Shown: positions 9,539-18,451 of the stretch, in pieces
How positions within the stretch are numbered: the stretch's first letter is position 1
How the letters are laid out: the number at the start of each line of letters is the position of its first letter
Virus record (IMG/VR): IMGVR_UViG_3300031964_000008
Reading direction: 5' to 3' (one strand)
Length of the DNA: 64,000 bases
Source of the DNA: a virus
The notes under the pieces: model-generated
The model's input: only the letters and a program-made list of their open reading frames with translations
Told to the model about the DNA's origin: nothing
Databases searched by the model: none
Position numbers and translations under genes: made by a program

Positions 9539-10033
9539 ATGAGCAAACATGAAATAACCGGCATGTCCAGACTATCAAGAAATGATACGGGTCTGCCCTT
9601 GGCTGTTATGATCAGTGACGCACCATCAAACAAAAAGGTACCGCGTATTAAGGTTGCACAAGCTACGACAGATTTCAAAAACAATAGTCTGAACATGTCG
9701 TTGTCCATAGCACCACATCCAGAAGCCTTAACTAAAATCCCAAAAGGTATGTCGCATCAGGACTTAGCATCTGTTGCTGAGTGGGTAAGTACCAACCGGT
9801 CCATGCTTCTAAAATATTGGTATGGTATTGAGACTGAAACACGTAAGGTAGAACAGCATCTGATTGATGGTAAAGACCAAGGCAAAACCTTTGACCAAAT
9901 CATAGGCCGTATGCGTTCTATGTGGGTTTCTCAAGCAACCAAACAAGAAATCAGCACGCAAATGGAAGTCCCAGTAGACGCAGTCGACCTAATTATTGAT
10001 ACTAATTCCAAGCTGTTTCCTGATCGTAAATAA
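9539..10033 (+). CDS. MxxL..TGLP-family protein (DUF4160-like), tandem paralog 2
   Basis: MSKHEITGMSRLSRNDTGLP...NRSMLLKYWYGI...LFPDRK; aligns end to end with 9013 from ATG 9539. Confidence 0.8.
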   Translation: MSKHEITGMSRLSRNDTGLPLAVMISDAPSNKKVPRIKVAQATTDFKNNSLNMSLSIAPHPEALTKIPKGMSHQDLASVAEWVSTNRSMLLKYWYGIETETRKVEQHLIDGKDQGKTFDQIIGRMRSMWVSQATKQEISTQMEVPVDAVDLIIDTNSKLFPDRK

Positions 10034-10163
10034 GACTGACGGATCTTTAATTTAGGCTCCAACATTAAATATCTGTCAGTGGAAAGACTTGGTGTACACT
10101 AGACCAAGTTAAGTAATTAAAACTAGCAGTAAAAATACTCCGATCACTAAATAGAGGATTATT

Positions 10164-11387
10164 ATGCAACAGAACGAAGTTTATGAGCAAATGTTTGGCG
10201 GTAAAATCAAACTGTGGACGGGCAATATGCCCGTGGAACAGACGGCCCTTGATCAATTACGCAACGTGTCAAACCTGCCTATTCTTGGTGGACACGTTGC
10301 GGTGATGCCTGATGTACACTTTGGTATGGGTGCAACTGTTGGTTCCGTTATACCTCTGACTGGGGCAGTTATACCCGCAGCTGTTGGAGTCGACATCGGA
10401 TGCGGCATGTGTGCTGTACAGACGTCACTTAAGGCCTCTGACCTTCCTGATAGTTTGGTTGGTGTCCGTCATCAAATCGAACGCGATGTACCTGTAGGTT
10501 TTAGCTACCATCAACGGGATATTCACCTGCGTCATCAAGGTTTAGTCGGCATGGAACTCAGCCGTCGTCGTGCGGAACTGTTATCTAGATTTCCCTCAAT
10601 TCGTATCATGAAACGTATCAAACGTTTTGACGAAGCTCGTATGAACATGCAGTTAGGTACTTTGGGTGGTGGCAATCATTTCATCGAGTTGTGCGTGGAT
10701 GAAAACCAAAATGTGTGGGTGATGTTGCATTCGGGTAGTCGTAATGTTGGCAAGACCGTGGGTGAGGCCGCGACCAACTTGGCAAAAGAAGAGCTGTACA
10801 GGCAGCACGTCAATTTGCCAGACAAGGATCTTTCCTGGTTCGCTGAGGGCACCGAGCTATTTGATGAGTACGTTGAAGCCATGCTGTGGAGCCAAGAATA
10901 CGCGAAGCTGAATCGTGACCTCATGCTGATGCTTGTTTTGTCCGCTGTTGAGCGCACAATTAAACCTTTCACTTTGGTGAACGAAGCCGTAAACTGCCAT
11001 CATAACTTTCTGTCTAAAGAGGAATTTGGTGGACGCCCTCTATGGATCACCCGCAAAGGTGCTGTAGGTGCGTACAAAGGTCAACTGGGTATCATTCCTG
11101 GATCCATGGGTGCCCGTTCTTTCATTGTCTGTGGTAAGGGACATGAAGCAGCTTATTGTTCTTGCAGTCATGGGGCCGGTCGCGTCATGTCTCGCGGGCA
11201 AGCAAAACGTAGTTTTTCGTTAGCCGATATTGCTACACAAACAGCCGGTGTTGAATGCAAAAAAGATAGTAGCGTGTTGGACGAAATTCCAGGTGCTTAT
11301 AAAAATATTGATGATGTTATGGAGGCACAATCGGAATTGGTAGAAATCAAGGCTACGCTGAAACAAGTACTCTGCGTTAAGGGCTGA
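10164..11387 (+). CDS. rtcB: RtcB family RNA-splicing/repair ligase
   Basis: MPDVH.G.G, VGVDIGCG, GTLGGGNHF, HSGSR, CHHN, RKGA, IPGSMG, SHGAGR, DEIPGAYK. Confidence 0.97.
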   Translation: MQQNEVYEQMFGGKIKLWTGNMPVEQTALDQLRNVSNLPILGGHVAVMPDVHFGMGATVGSVIPLTGAVIPAAVGVDIGCGMCAVQTSLKASDLPDSLVGVRHQIERDVPVGFSYHQRDIHLRHQGLVGMELSRRRAELLSRFPSIRIMKRIKRFDEARMNMQLGTLGGGNHFIELCVDENQNVWVMLHSGSRNVGKTVGEAATNLAKEELYRQHVNLPDKDLSWFAEGTELFDEYVEAMLWSQEYAKLNRDLMLMLVLSAVERTIKPFTLVNEAVNCHHNFLSKEEFGGRPLWITRKGAVGAYKGQLGIIPGSMGARSFIVCGKGHEAAYCSCSHGAGRVMSRGQAKRSFSLADIATQTAGVECKKDSSVLDEIPGAYKNIDDVMEAQSELVEIKATLKQVLCVKG

Positions 11388-11477
11388 ACCCCCACTTTCA
11401 TAGCTCGTTGATGAAAATTGGTTACGCAACTTCCTGACAACAATTTCTTGATTTTGATATGCTCGTAAATAATGTAC

Positions 11478-11513
11478 AAGGGCTTAGTCGGGCTCCCTAT
11501 CGAATGTCAGGCA
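11478..11513 (+). repeat. upstream direct repeat, copy 1
   Basis: Shares the exact 20-mer CGGGCTCCCTATCGAATGTC with 11924-11958; lies just 5' of an SD and ATG. Confidence 0.85.
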
Positions 11514-11528
11514 TACCACGGAGTACGA

Positions 11529-11912
11529 ATGATGCAAAAATACAGGCCAGCAATTCCCACCCGATTACAGAGCATCGGCTTTGAAACCGATGTCGTAGGT
11601 CGGGCCTTTTTGTTAGCCCGAGAAGCCGGGTTACATCCGGTTACCGCATGGCTGCAGAGGGAATCCAACGAATCACGCACACTGGTGTCCGTGGTCGTGG
11701 CAAGCAAACGTTCGAAAGTTATCGCCCGGTTGATGCGAATTAATAAGTATTCAACCAGCAAATGGTGGAAGGGCGGGTTCCCCATCGAACGTAATAAGTG
11801 CGGTGTCTTGGACATAAAGGTCGTAACATTTGGTGACAACCACACAGCTTCTGTTCATAAGTACGGCAAGAATGGGTCCATCATCGTGTTCAGTAATCGT
11901 AAACACGTATAG
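11529..11912 (+). CDS. hypothetical basic protein
   Basis: GGAG SD before ATG 11529. Confidence 0.65.
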   Translation: MMQKYRPAIPTRLQSIGFETDVVGRAFLLAREAGLHPVTAWLQRESNESRTLVSVVVASKRSKVIARLMRINKYSTSKWWKGGFPIERNKCGVLDIKVVTFGDNHTASVHKYGKNGSIIVFSNRKHV

Positions 11913-11923
11913 TCTTAATTTCA

Positions 11924-11958
11924 AAGGGCTAGCCGGGCTCCCTATCGAATGTCCGGCA
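11924..11958 (+). repeat. upstream direct repeat, copy 2
   Basis: See copy 1; GCCGG...CCGGC can form a stem. Confidence 0.85.
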
Positions 11959-11976
11959 ATTGAAGAGTGCAAAAGA

Positions 11977-13380
11977 ATGGCAAAATCTAATGTTGTGCAA
12001 GATACTGATCGTAGTTCTAAACTGAAGCCAAAAGGTGGGGATGGGGACAAGCTCACACTGGACACGCAGGCTGTAAGCGATCAACAAAAGCAGGATAAGG
12101 TAAAGGCCCTTGCATTTCAGTTTCCGACCCGCAAGTCTATTGAGGCTGCGAAAAAAGCACAGGCCAAAAATCAACCAGATATTCGCATTATTGCTTGTGC
12201 TTGGTACATTCATCCCAAACGGGGGCCTGGACAGGCGCTATCAGTTCAAGACTGCGATCCTAACCATGCGTGGTTGAGTTTTCTGGATGGGAAATATCTA
12301 GTTGAGATTTCTGATCTTACTCCAGCACTTAGGTCAGATGTCAATAAGGCAGGGAGCGTCGTCAATAATAGTCAGCTTGTAGAATTTCCTGAAAAAGTTA
12401 AACTGCCGGACTTCAGGCCCGGTGATTGGTACAGTCATCCTCAATATGGTACCGGTCAAGTGGTGGAGTTTCCGTTTTCCAGTGATTTGGACATTCGCTT
12501 AAACTTTTCAGATAAGACAAGTTACGTTCTTAAAGAACACTTGAGTTTAGCCACTGATGCTGAAATTGATAAAGCCAAGATCTCTAATCTGTTGTCAAAG
12601 ACTGCTATAAAATCGACCAAGAAAACAAAGAAGAGCCGGTCTAGCGTGGACCAGACTAGTTGCACAGTCACAGTAGCCAACCAGAAACCCGTGATCAGTG
12701 ATGTCGTCTACAAAAACGGCAAGTGCGTGTCCTTGGTCCACAACGGTGTAAAGTTCGCGGTTGATATGGCAGCCAGAGACAAGTCTAGTGGAGAACTTCT
12801 TGGTCTAATTGTTGATCTTGATTTTGATCCTTATTGCGAATGGCACTCAGTTTGGGTTGACGACACTTTTGCTAAATCCGATGAAGACAATGATGCCACT
12901 GAGCATTTGATGTGTGACGTTATACCTGAATCCTGGTGGGCCTCTGGGACCTCCGTCTATCACAAAGTGTTTGGTAATGGTGTAGTAGTTGAAGCTACCC
13001 ATCCGAAAACATTGGTGACCTTGGTAGACTTTGAACAAGTGCTAACTCCTGGCTTAACGTTAGTTCCTTCCTCAGAACTTGAACTAGATGAGGACGGAGA
13101 CGAAAGTTCAGATGAGTGCGAAGCCGAAGCCGAAGAACCAACTCCGAGTCAGGCACAGGCACGCATCAAGTTTAAAGAACTAGAATTCTTCCGCCCATTC
13201 CTTCATGTTGGTTGCACCTGGATCAAGGTCGGTAACTCAACGGGTATTCGCTGCGAGGTCCGTGGTGATAGTCAAGAGCCGTTCGCTATGCTTGCGACAT
13301 TGAGTCACCCAAAGTCCACGACAGCAAAACGTCGTTTCCGTCAGACTGATTTGGTTGGTATCTACCCGTTTCCCGAATAA
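11977..13380 (+). CDS. multidomain protein with three SH3/Tudor-like (UvrD/PcrA C-terminal-like) repeats
   Basis: WYIHPKRGPG, GDWYSHPQYGTGQVVE and GTSVYHKVFGNGVVVE motifs. Confidence 0.75.
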   Translation: MAKSNVVQDTDRSSKLKPKGGDGDKLTLDTQAVSDQQKQDKVKALAFQFPTRKSIEAAKKAQAKNQPDIRIIACAWYIHPKRGPGQALSVQDCDPNHAWLSFLDGKYLVEISDLTPALRSDVNKAGSVVNNSQLVEFPEKVKLPDFRPGDWYSHPQYGTGQVVEFPFSSDLDIRLNFSDKTSYVLKEHLSLATDAEIDKAKISNLLSKTAIKSTKKTKKSRSSVDQTSCTVTVANQKPVISDVVYKNGKCVSLVHNGVKFAVDMAARDKSSGELLGLIVDLDFDPYCEWHSVWVDDTFAKSDEDNDATEHLMCDVIPESWWASGTSVYHKVFGNGVVVEATHPKTLVTLVDFEQVLTPGLTLVPSSELELDEDGDESSDECEAEAEEPTPSQAQARIKFKELEFFRPFLHVGCTWIKVGNSTGIRCEVRGDSQEPFAMLATLSHPKSTTAKRRFRQTDLVGIYPFPE

Positions 13381-13457
13381 TGCACAAACCGTAATTTAAT
13401 GATTCAGTTCGAGGATTTAAAAACAAATTTATTTTCTCGAACAACATTGTTTGTCTT

Positions 13458-13467
13458 GTAGTAAATA
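13458..13467 (+). promoter_or_regulatory. putative late promoter GTAGTAAATA
   Basis: Motif copy upstream of 13530. Confidence 0.5.
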
Positions 13468-13529
13468 CTATGTGTGCATTACAATAAACGTGCATGCAAT
13501 TAAAACCCCTCCCTCAAAGGAAATTCAAA

Positions 13530-13955
13530 ATGGCAACGTCTCAAGAAAACGTAGTGCAACAAGCAAAGAACATTGCGGCAGTAGTCGCAAATCTGAGTCG
13601 TGAAAATGCAAAGCTGACAGCTCAGAATGAAAAGCTGTCGGAACGCATTGAAAACATCAAGGCTCGCGCTGCAGCTGCTAAGGAAAAGGCTGAAGCTAAG
13701 GGCACGACCCAAGGTAAGAAGCTGGGTGCCCCGAAGGGTCCGCGTGCCAAGCGTGCAGCTGAGGAAGATGACGAGCCGGTACGTAAGGTTCGTGCTAACG
13801 CCAAAGTCCAAGCTGCCCCGGCACCGAAGGCTAAAGTAGCCAACACCAAGGGTAAAGTTGAGAATAAGATCCGTCCGCAAGCAACAAAGCCGGGTCCGAA
13901 AGTTCCGGCGCAAACCAAGGTCAAGAAAATCAGCAAGGACGATTTCTTGATTTAA
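13530..13955 (+). CDS. K/A-rich histone-like basic protein with N-terminal coiled coil
   Basis: Composition; SD and start context AAAGGAAATTCAAAATGGCAA almost identical to that of the 1407 gene. Confidence 0.75.
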   Translation: MATSQENVVQQAKNIAAVVANLSRENAKLTAQNEKLSERIENIKARAAAAKEKAEAKGTTQGKKLGAPKGPRAKRAAEEDDEPVRKVRANAKVQAAPAPKAKVANTKGKVENKIRPQATKPGPKVPAQTKVKKISKDDFLI

Positions 13956-13993
13956 TAGCTGAATCAGTATACGTTTGGTAACTGAAGGAAACA

Positions 13994-14038
13994 AAAGAAT
14001 GGGGCTTACTCAAGGTCAAGAGTTCGGCCCCATTCTTT
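13994..14038 (+). terminator. 12-bp stem hairpin
   Basis: AAAGAATGGGGC / GCCCCATTCTTT inverted repeat after the basic protein gene. Confidence 0.55.
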
Positions 14039-14078
14039 ATTTGGAATTCAATTTTAGTACAAGCCACTAGAGAAACGT

Positions 14079-15074
14079 ATGAAAAACGCGACACGGGTTG
14101 TTGACTCAAATTTTGATCGTTATCAAGCACGACAAGGCTTATCAGCAAAGAACCAATCGCAGTTGACGAAACTCATACCTTTACTCCAAGTCGGGTCCAA
14201 GGCCGGACCCGATGACGCACAGATAGGGACCAAATTAGAACGTAGAGTTTCAGCACTAACCGACTTGAGATTTGAACTGCGAAAATCCGCAGCCAGTCTG
14301 GCGGCATTACCAGTTGTAGCTAAAGAATTAAAGCTCAAGAAGTTAACGATTGCTAGGCGTAAGCTTGAGCTCCTATTCAAGGCTCCGGTCCCCCACGGAC
14401 TAGGCAAGGTCCTGAAATCATATATGAATGAACTCACAACACTCAGAGAAGGTGTGTTCATAGGTGACATAGAAGAGTCTATGCTTGAAGTGACTGAGTT
14501 GCCGAAGGCCTTAGTAGAAATCGACAAACAATTGGTTAAGGCTAAAGCCAGTTTAGCAAAGCACCAACGATTATTATTGGGTGAAGACGCCGATCCCCTG
14601 TTTTCTGTTGATGCCGCATCAATTATTGAACGTCTTTCTAAAGACAGCAAGAACCTAGAATCGCTGAAGGATAAAGACTTTGTAATCTCCAGAATTCCTG
14701 TTATACCGATTGCTCTAAAGTCCATGCACTATGAAACACTCAAGGCCAATGGGTTTAACGTTGACTCGATTGGTGGCTACCCTGTGGTTCACGGCCAGCT
14801 TGTGATAGGCATCAACCCCAAGTCTGTGAAGCTCAGCAAACGCCATGCTGACGGGCAGGAAGTGCCTAGGGACAAATGGCTACAAGTGGCGTTCGCGGTG
14901 AAAAAATTAATTGAACTCCAGCTCAAAACTAAGCTATCATTTGTGGAAGAAAAGCCCTGTGGTATGGCTGGTGGAGCCTGGTTCTGGGTCATGCCTAGTT
15001 CTGAGGTCACGCTGTTTGCCAAGGCCTTCCCAGGATCACATATACTGTTGAAATCCTGGGGGCCAGCCTTTTAA
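14079..15074 (+). CDS. hypothetical protein
   Basis: 331-aa ORF in operon context. Confidence 0.8.
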   Translation: MKNATRVVDSNFDRYQARQGLSAKNQSQLTKLIPLLQVGSKAGPDDAQIGTKLERRVSALTDLRFELRKSAASLAALPVVAKELKLKKLTIARRKLELLFKAPVPHGLGKVLKSYMNELTTLREGVFIGDIEESMLEVTELPKALVEIDKQLVKAKASLAKHQRLLLGEDADPLFSVDAASIIERLSKDSKNLESLKDKDFVISRIPVIPIALKSMHYETLKANGFNVDSIGGYPVVHGQLVIGINPKSVKLSKRHADGQEVPRDKWLQVAFAVKKLIELQLKTKLSFVEEKPCGMAGGAWFWVMPSSEVTLFAKAFPGSHILLKSWGPAF

Positions 15075-15093
15075 TGTTTGATTAGGAAAAATC

Positions 15094-15675
15094 ATGGAAG
15101 AGCATCTTGCAACTCAGTTAATAGAACCACTTGACGACTCCCTAGTGGAGTATGTTAAGAAATTGCTTGTCTCCAGAATAAGAGAGAAGAAGGCGAAGCC
15201 AACAACAAAATATCATGGAGCCGACGTTTATTTTCTCGGCGACAAACAGAACGGCTACTCTATTCTTGCACGTGATAACGAAATCTTGTACTTCGTTAGA
15301 TATGAAGCCGTGAAGCACAACAGGCTTGAGCTGGGGCGTCAGGTTTTGGTGTGGTCCAACAAAACCGATCCCGCTTCTGCTGGGTTTGCGGCCCACATCT
15401 TCTTTGACTATTTGCTGCCAAAGTACAAGGCACTTATTGCAGACAAGCAGCAGACCTCACAAGGCCAAAGATTTTGGACCTACGCTATTAATCGTGCACT
15501 GGAAAGCAATTTGCGGGTTTATTTCTTAAACCGAAGGACATCACCAAACAAACTGATAGAGCTTCGTTCTATAGAAGATGCGGTTCAACATCGTAAGGAT
15601 TTATGGGGCACTGAAGCGGGACATTTGAGGACGTTCGCAGCTATCAGCCAAATTCCTTTGCAGATCAAAACTTGA
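15094..15675 (+). CDS. hypothetical protein, possible GNAT-like fold
   Basis: LIADKQQTSQGQRFW resembles the sD..Qs..g..lW motif of phage GNAT-like proteins. Confidence 0.6.
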   Translation: MEEHLATQLIEPLDDSLVEYVKKLLVSRIREKKAKPTTKYHGADVYFLGDKQNGYSILARDNEILYFVRYEAVKHNRLELGRQVLVWSNKTDPASAGFAAHIFFDYLLPKYKALIADKQQTSQGQRFWTYAINRALESNLRVYFLNRRTSPNKLIELRSIEDAVQHRKDLWGTEAGHLRTFAAISQIPLQIKT

Positions 15676-15683
15676 GGCATCAA

Positions 15684-16187
15684 ATGTTAGTCTATCAATT
15701 ATTGGTTTTACCATCCAAAGAAACATTGAGCTATTTGTCGAATGTTTTTAGCGGCTGTCCATTTGACTTGAACTTGAACCAAACCTTTGTTGAAATCAAT
15801 TCTTCGGCGCATGAAATGGAAGTTGATCAAGAGGCATTCTATGAGGCTCAGGCTGGCACGGCCAAAGTATATTTTGACACCTCGACTATGACATCGTCCT
15901 TGTTACTTCCGTTGACCAGTAGATCGCTAACTGACCGTTGTCTTGAAGTCCGCGAGCACGCACCATCTGCTTTCTACGGTGATCACTATTTTCCGCATTT
16001 AGTGATCAAAACAGATATGCCCTCGTTGAGCCGGTCTTACCGCAGCTTTATTATCAGTATTTCGAACAGCCTGCAGGGTTCTTATCAACCCCTTACTTTT
16101 GACGCTGAGCTTATTTCAGCATCTGACTTTCATTCGGTGCCTCAAGCAGATTTTTATGCATCAATGATGGCTGAGACTCAACGCTAA
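15684..16187 (+). CDS. hypothetical protein
   Basis: GAGG SD before ATG 15684. Confidence 0.7.
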   Translation: MLVYQLLVLPSKETLSYLSNVFSGCPFDLNLNQTFVEINSSAHEMEVDQEAFYEAQAGTAKVYFDTSTMTSSLLLPLTSRSLTDRCLEVREHAPSAFYGDHYFPHLVIKTDMPSLSRSYRSFIISISNSLQGSYQPLTFDAELISASDFHSVPQADFYASMMAETQR

Positions 16188-16200
16188 AACTTAAAGCTAG

Positions 16201-16210
16201 CTAGTAAATA
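16201..16210 (+). promoter_or_regulatory. putative late promoter CTAGTAAATA
   Basis: Exact motif copy in an intergenic gap. Confidence 0.55.
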
Positions 16211-16270
16211 CACTATAGTTTCACACATACCAAATTCATCTAAGCTATCGAAAAGGCTATCTGGCAGTTC

Positions 16271-16675
16271 TTGCCCCCAACCCAATCCCAAATAAATTCA
16301 AAGTTAAAATTAATCGTGACTCAAATCAGCTTAAGTCTAGCAAAACCAAAAATGGGTGAATCCTGTAATGGTTGCGGTTATTGCTGTTCTGTCGAACCTT
16401 GTATGTTGGCTCAAGAATTCCTGGGCTGTATTACTGGTCCTTGTATAGCTCTGGAGAGAACAGAAACCAAATTTATTTGCGGACTAGTCCGCGACCCTCT
16501 CGGCTATTTATTCAAAGCTGCACATCCAAATGCTGAGGTTTCTGTCCTAGAAGCACCCAGAAGTGCTGTTGGTGACGAACTAGCCAATGAGATTGCAGCT
16601 GCTCTAGGTATTGGTCTTGGCTGTGACTCTGACGATAGTGACCAGGCTGCTGACTGGTTAGCAACCATGTCTTAA
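16271..16675 (+). CDS. Cys-cluster (CxxCxxCC, YkgJ-like) metal-binding protein
   Basis: CNGCGYCCSVEPC...GPC...C; start uncertain. Confidence 0.65.
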   Translation: MPPTQSQINSKLKLIVTQISLSLAKPKMGESCNGCGYCCSVEPCMLAQEFLGCITGPCIALERTETKFICGLVRDPLGYLFKAAHPNAEVSVLEAPRSAVGDELANEIAAALGIGLGCDSDDSDQAADWLATMS

Positions 16676-16698
16676 CTTGTAACCAACTGGAGTTAATC

Positions 16699-17145
16699 AT
16701 GGACTCAATAGTTCTTGACCACTGTTGGGTGTGTCGTTCTAAGTTCGTAGGCTGCGGTGGCTCGGCCAACAGAGAGGAACATCATATAGTCCCCCGTGCA
16801 GCTGGCGGCTCTGACGGGCCCACGGTGTCTCTGTGCGATGGACACCATACTTGCCTACACAAAATCGCGCTGAGCATCAAGTCTAAAAAACCCTATTTTC
16901 AACTTTTGCTAGGTGAGCCGGACGAGGCTAAACAGAAAATATTGTGGTTGGCAACACGTGTTTTTAATGCGTTCGAAGCTGTAAAAAATGATCCAAACAA
17001 ACGAGTCGTTGTTATACTAACGCTTGATCGAAAAAAGCAGCATCAGTTAGAAGTACTAAAGAAAGTGTATCCAAGCTTGCGCAGTAGAGAGGCCTTGATT
17101 AATCTAGCCTTAGACAATTTGTACCGTAGACACTTCTCAGACTAA
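16699..17145 (+). CDS. HNH-like nuclease with possible C-terminal ribbon-helix-helix domain
   Basis: CWVC...EEHHIVPRAAGG...LCDGHH..LH; C-terminal VVVILTLD...SREALINLAL. Confidence 0.7.
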   Translation: MDSIVLDHCWVCRSKFVGCGGSANREEHHIVPRAAGGSDGPTVSLCDGHHTCLHKIALSIKSKKPYFQLLLGEPDEAKQKILWLATRVFNAFEAVKNDPNKRVVVILTLDRKKQHQLEVLKKVYPSLRSREALINLALDNLYRRHFSD

Positions 17146-17175
17146 ATCCACAAAGACAACAACGGAGTACGCAAA

Positions 17176-17550
17176 ATGAGTGCGCAAATGAATGACGGCG
17201 ATGTGGTTCTTATCCATCTCAAGACCGGTGTTGTTCTGCTGACCAAGGCCACATTCGAATCAGAACTAAGCGACGAAGAAAGTCCTGGACTGCGGGTTCA
17301 CAGAGCCTTAGAAGTGGTGCCCACACGTAACCCTCAAACGGGGGCACCTGCACTTACATTAAGCCCTTGGCTAAGTCTAGGTGGGTTTCTACCGACCTTA
17401 GAATCATTGGTTCTACCCGATGACCTTGTATTAGTCATGCTGCCCGCGCCACAAGCCTTGGTCAATGACTACATCAAGGCAACGACCAGTATTCAGGTGG
17501 CCCAGTCCCTGCCCCAGACCCAGCAAAATAAATCCAGTATTATTGTGTAG
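17176..17550 (+). CDS. hypothetical protein (possible Sm-like beta fold)
   Basis: VLIHLKTG start motif, L.PW motif; GGAG SD. Confidence 0.7.
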   Translation: MSAQMNDGDVVLIHLKTGVVLLTKATFESELSDEESPGLRVHRALEVVPTRNPQTGAPALTLSPWLSLGGFLPTLESLVLPDDLVLVMLPAPQALVNDYIKATTSIQVAQSLPQTQQNKSSIIV

Positions 17551-17563
17551 TGTAGGCCACGCG

Positions 17564-17603
17564 TAATGTAGCCCATCTATACTTGGGACTCGGGGCTACA
17601 TTA
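17564..17603. other. perfect 11-bp inverted repeat in an intergenic gap
   Basis: TAATGTAGCCC / GGGCTACATTA with an 18-nt loop. Confidence 0.8.
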
Positions 17604-17699
17604 GTTCACAAGGGATCTAGACCTTTGATTAGGGACTAGGCTACACATTAAGGGACTCATACTAGACAGTGTTTGAGGCCTTAACTAGGATCACAGAGC

Positions 17700-18410
17700 A
17701 TGTTGAAAAAAGACTCGCTGGGTACTGCAAGCGCAAAGTCCTTAAGTGAAGCATTTCGCTGCAACGAGTGTCTGCATTACAAACATCATGCACACTCAAG
17801 TAGAGACAAAGTATGTATCGAGGAGGGAGTGAAGGGCGTGGGTATTGCCCCTCGTTGTTTCACCCCTGACGTCACTCAAGTAGCTAAAAATAGCGATCAG
17901 TTTGTACAGATTGCTTCTCTGTTTCAAAATTTCACTACCAAAGAACGTAAGATATTTCTAGGCTTGCTCAGGGACCAGCGCAAGCGTCAATTCGAGATGG
18001 GAACCAAACTCTATTTCAAGGTGGGTCGCGACTTCGTTTCAAACTATCTGGCTGCTTTCGTCATGGGTTATACCTCGGGTGGTCAACTTATACTCATGGG
18101 TAGTCCTGACAAGCGCACACGTGGCTCATCCTTTGTTTCTTATATCAATCAAAATTCAGAAGGACTTATGACGGCCCAGCAGTGGCGAGTCAAGCGCACT
18201 GAACTGCAACTAGCCAACAAGATTCATGATCCCAATAATAAAGTGATTGTACGAAACTCTATTATCGATGCGTATGAACCGCCGACTATCGATACGTTTC
18301 CCCAAATGTTTGATACTAAAGATAAGTCCAAGACTAGCTCTAAGTCCAGGTCCCGGCGAAGTCGCGTTGCCGATGTTGTGGATCAATTGAGTTTCAATAT
18401 CACACGTTGA
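17700..18410 (+). CDS. hypothetical protein with N-terminal Cys motif
   Basis: CNEC...C...C pattern; 236-aa ORF. Confidence 0.75.
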   Translation: MLKKDSLGTASAKSLSEAFRCNECLHYKHHAHSSRDKVCIEEGVKGVGIAPRCFTPDVTQVAKNSDQFVQIASLFQNFTTKERKIFLGLLRDQRKRQFEMGTKLYFKVGRDFVSNYLAAFVMGYTSGGQLILMGSPDKRTRGSSFVSYINQNSEGLMTAQQWRVKRTELQLANKIHDPNNKVIVRNSIIDAYEPPTIDTFPQMFDTKDKSKTSSKSRSRRSRVADVVDQLSFNITR

Positions 18411-18451
18411 ATTGTACTTATACGTATTCAAGACTCGTCGGGGGACTTAAC

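Noticed and set aside
11472-11976. N-terminal extensions of the track ORFs 11472 and 11830
   Set aside because: Better SD-ATG pairs exist at 11529 and 11977; the extensions are translations of the shared leader repeat and overlap the previous gene.
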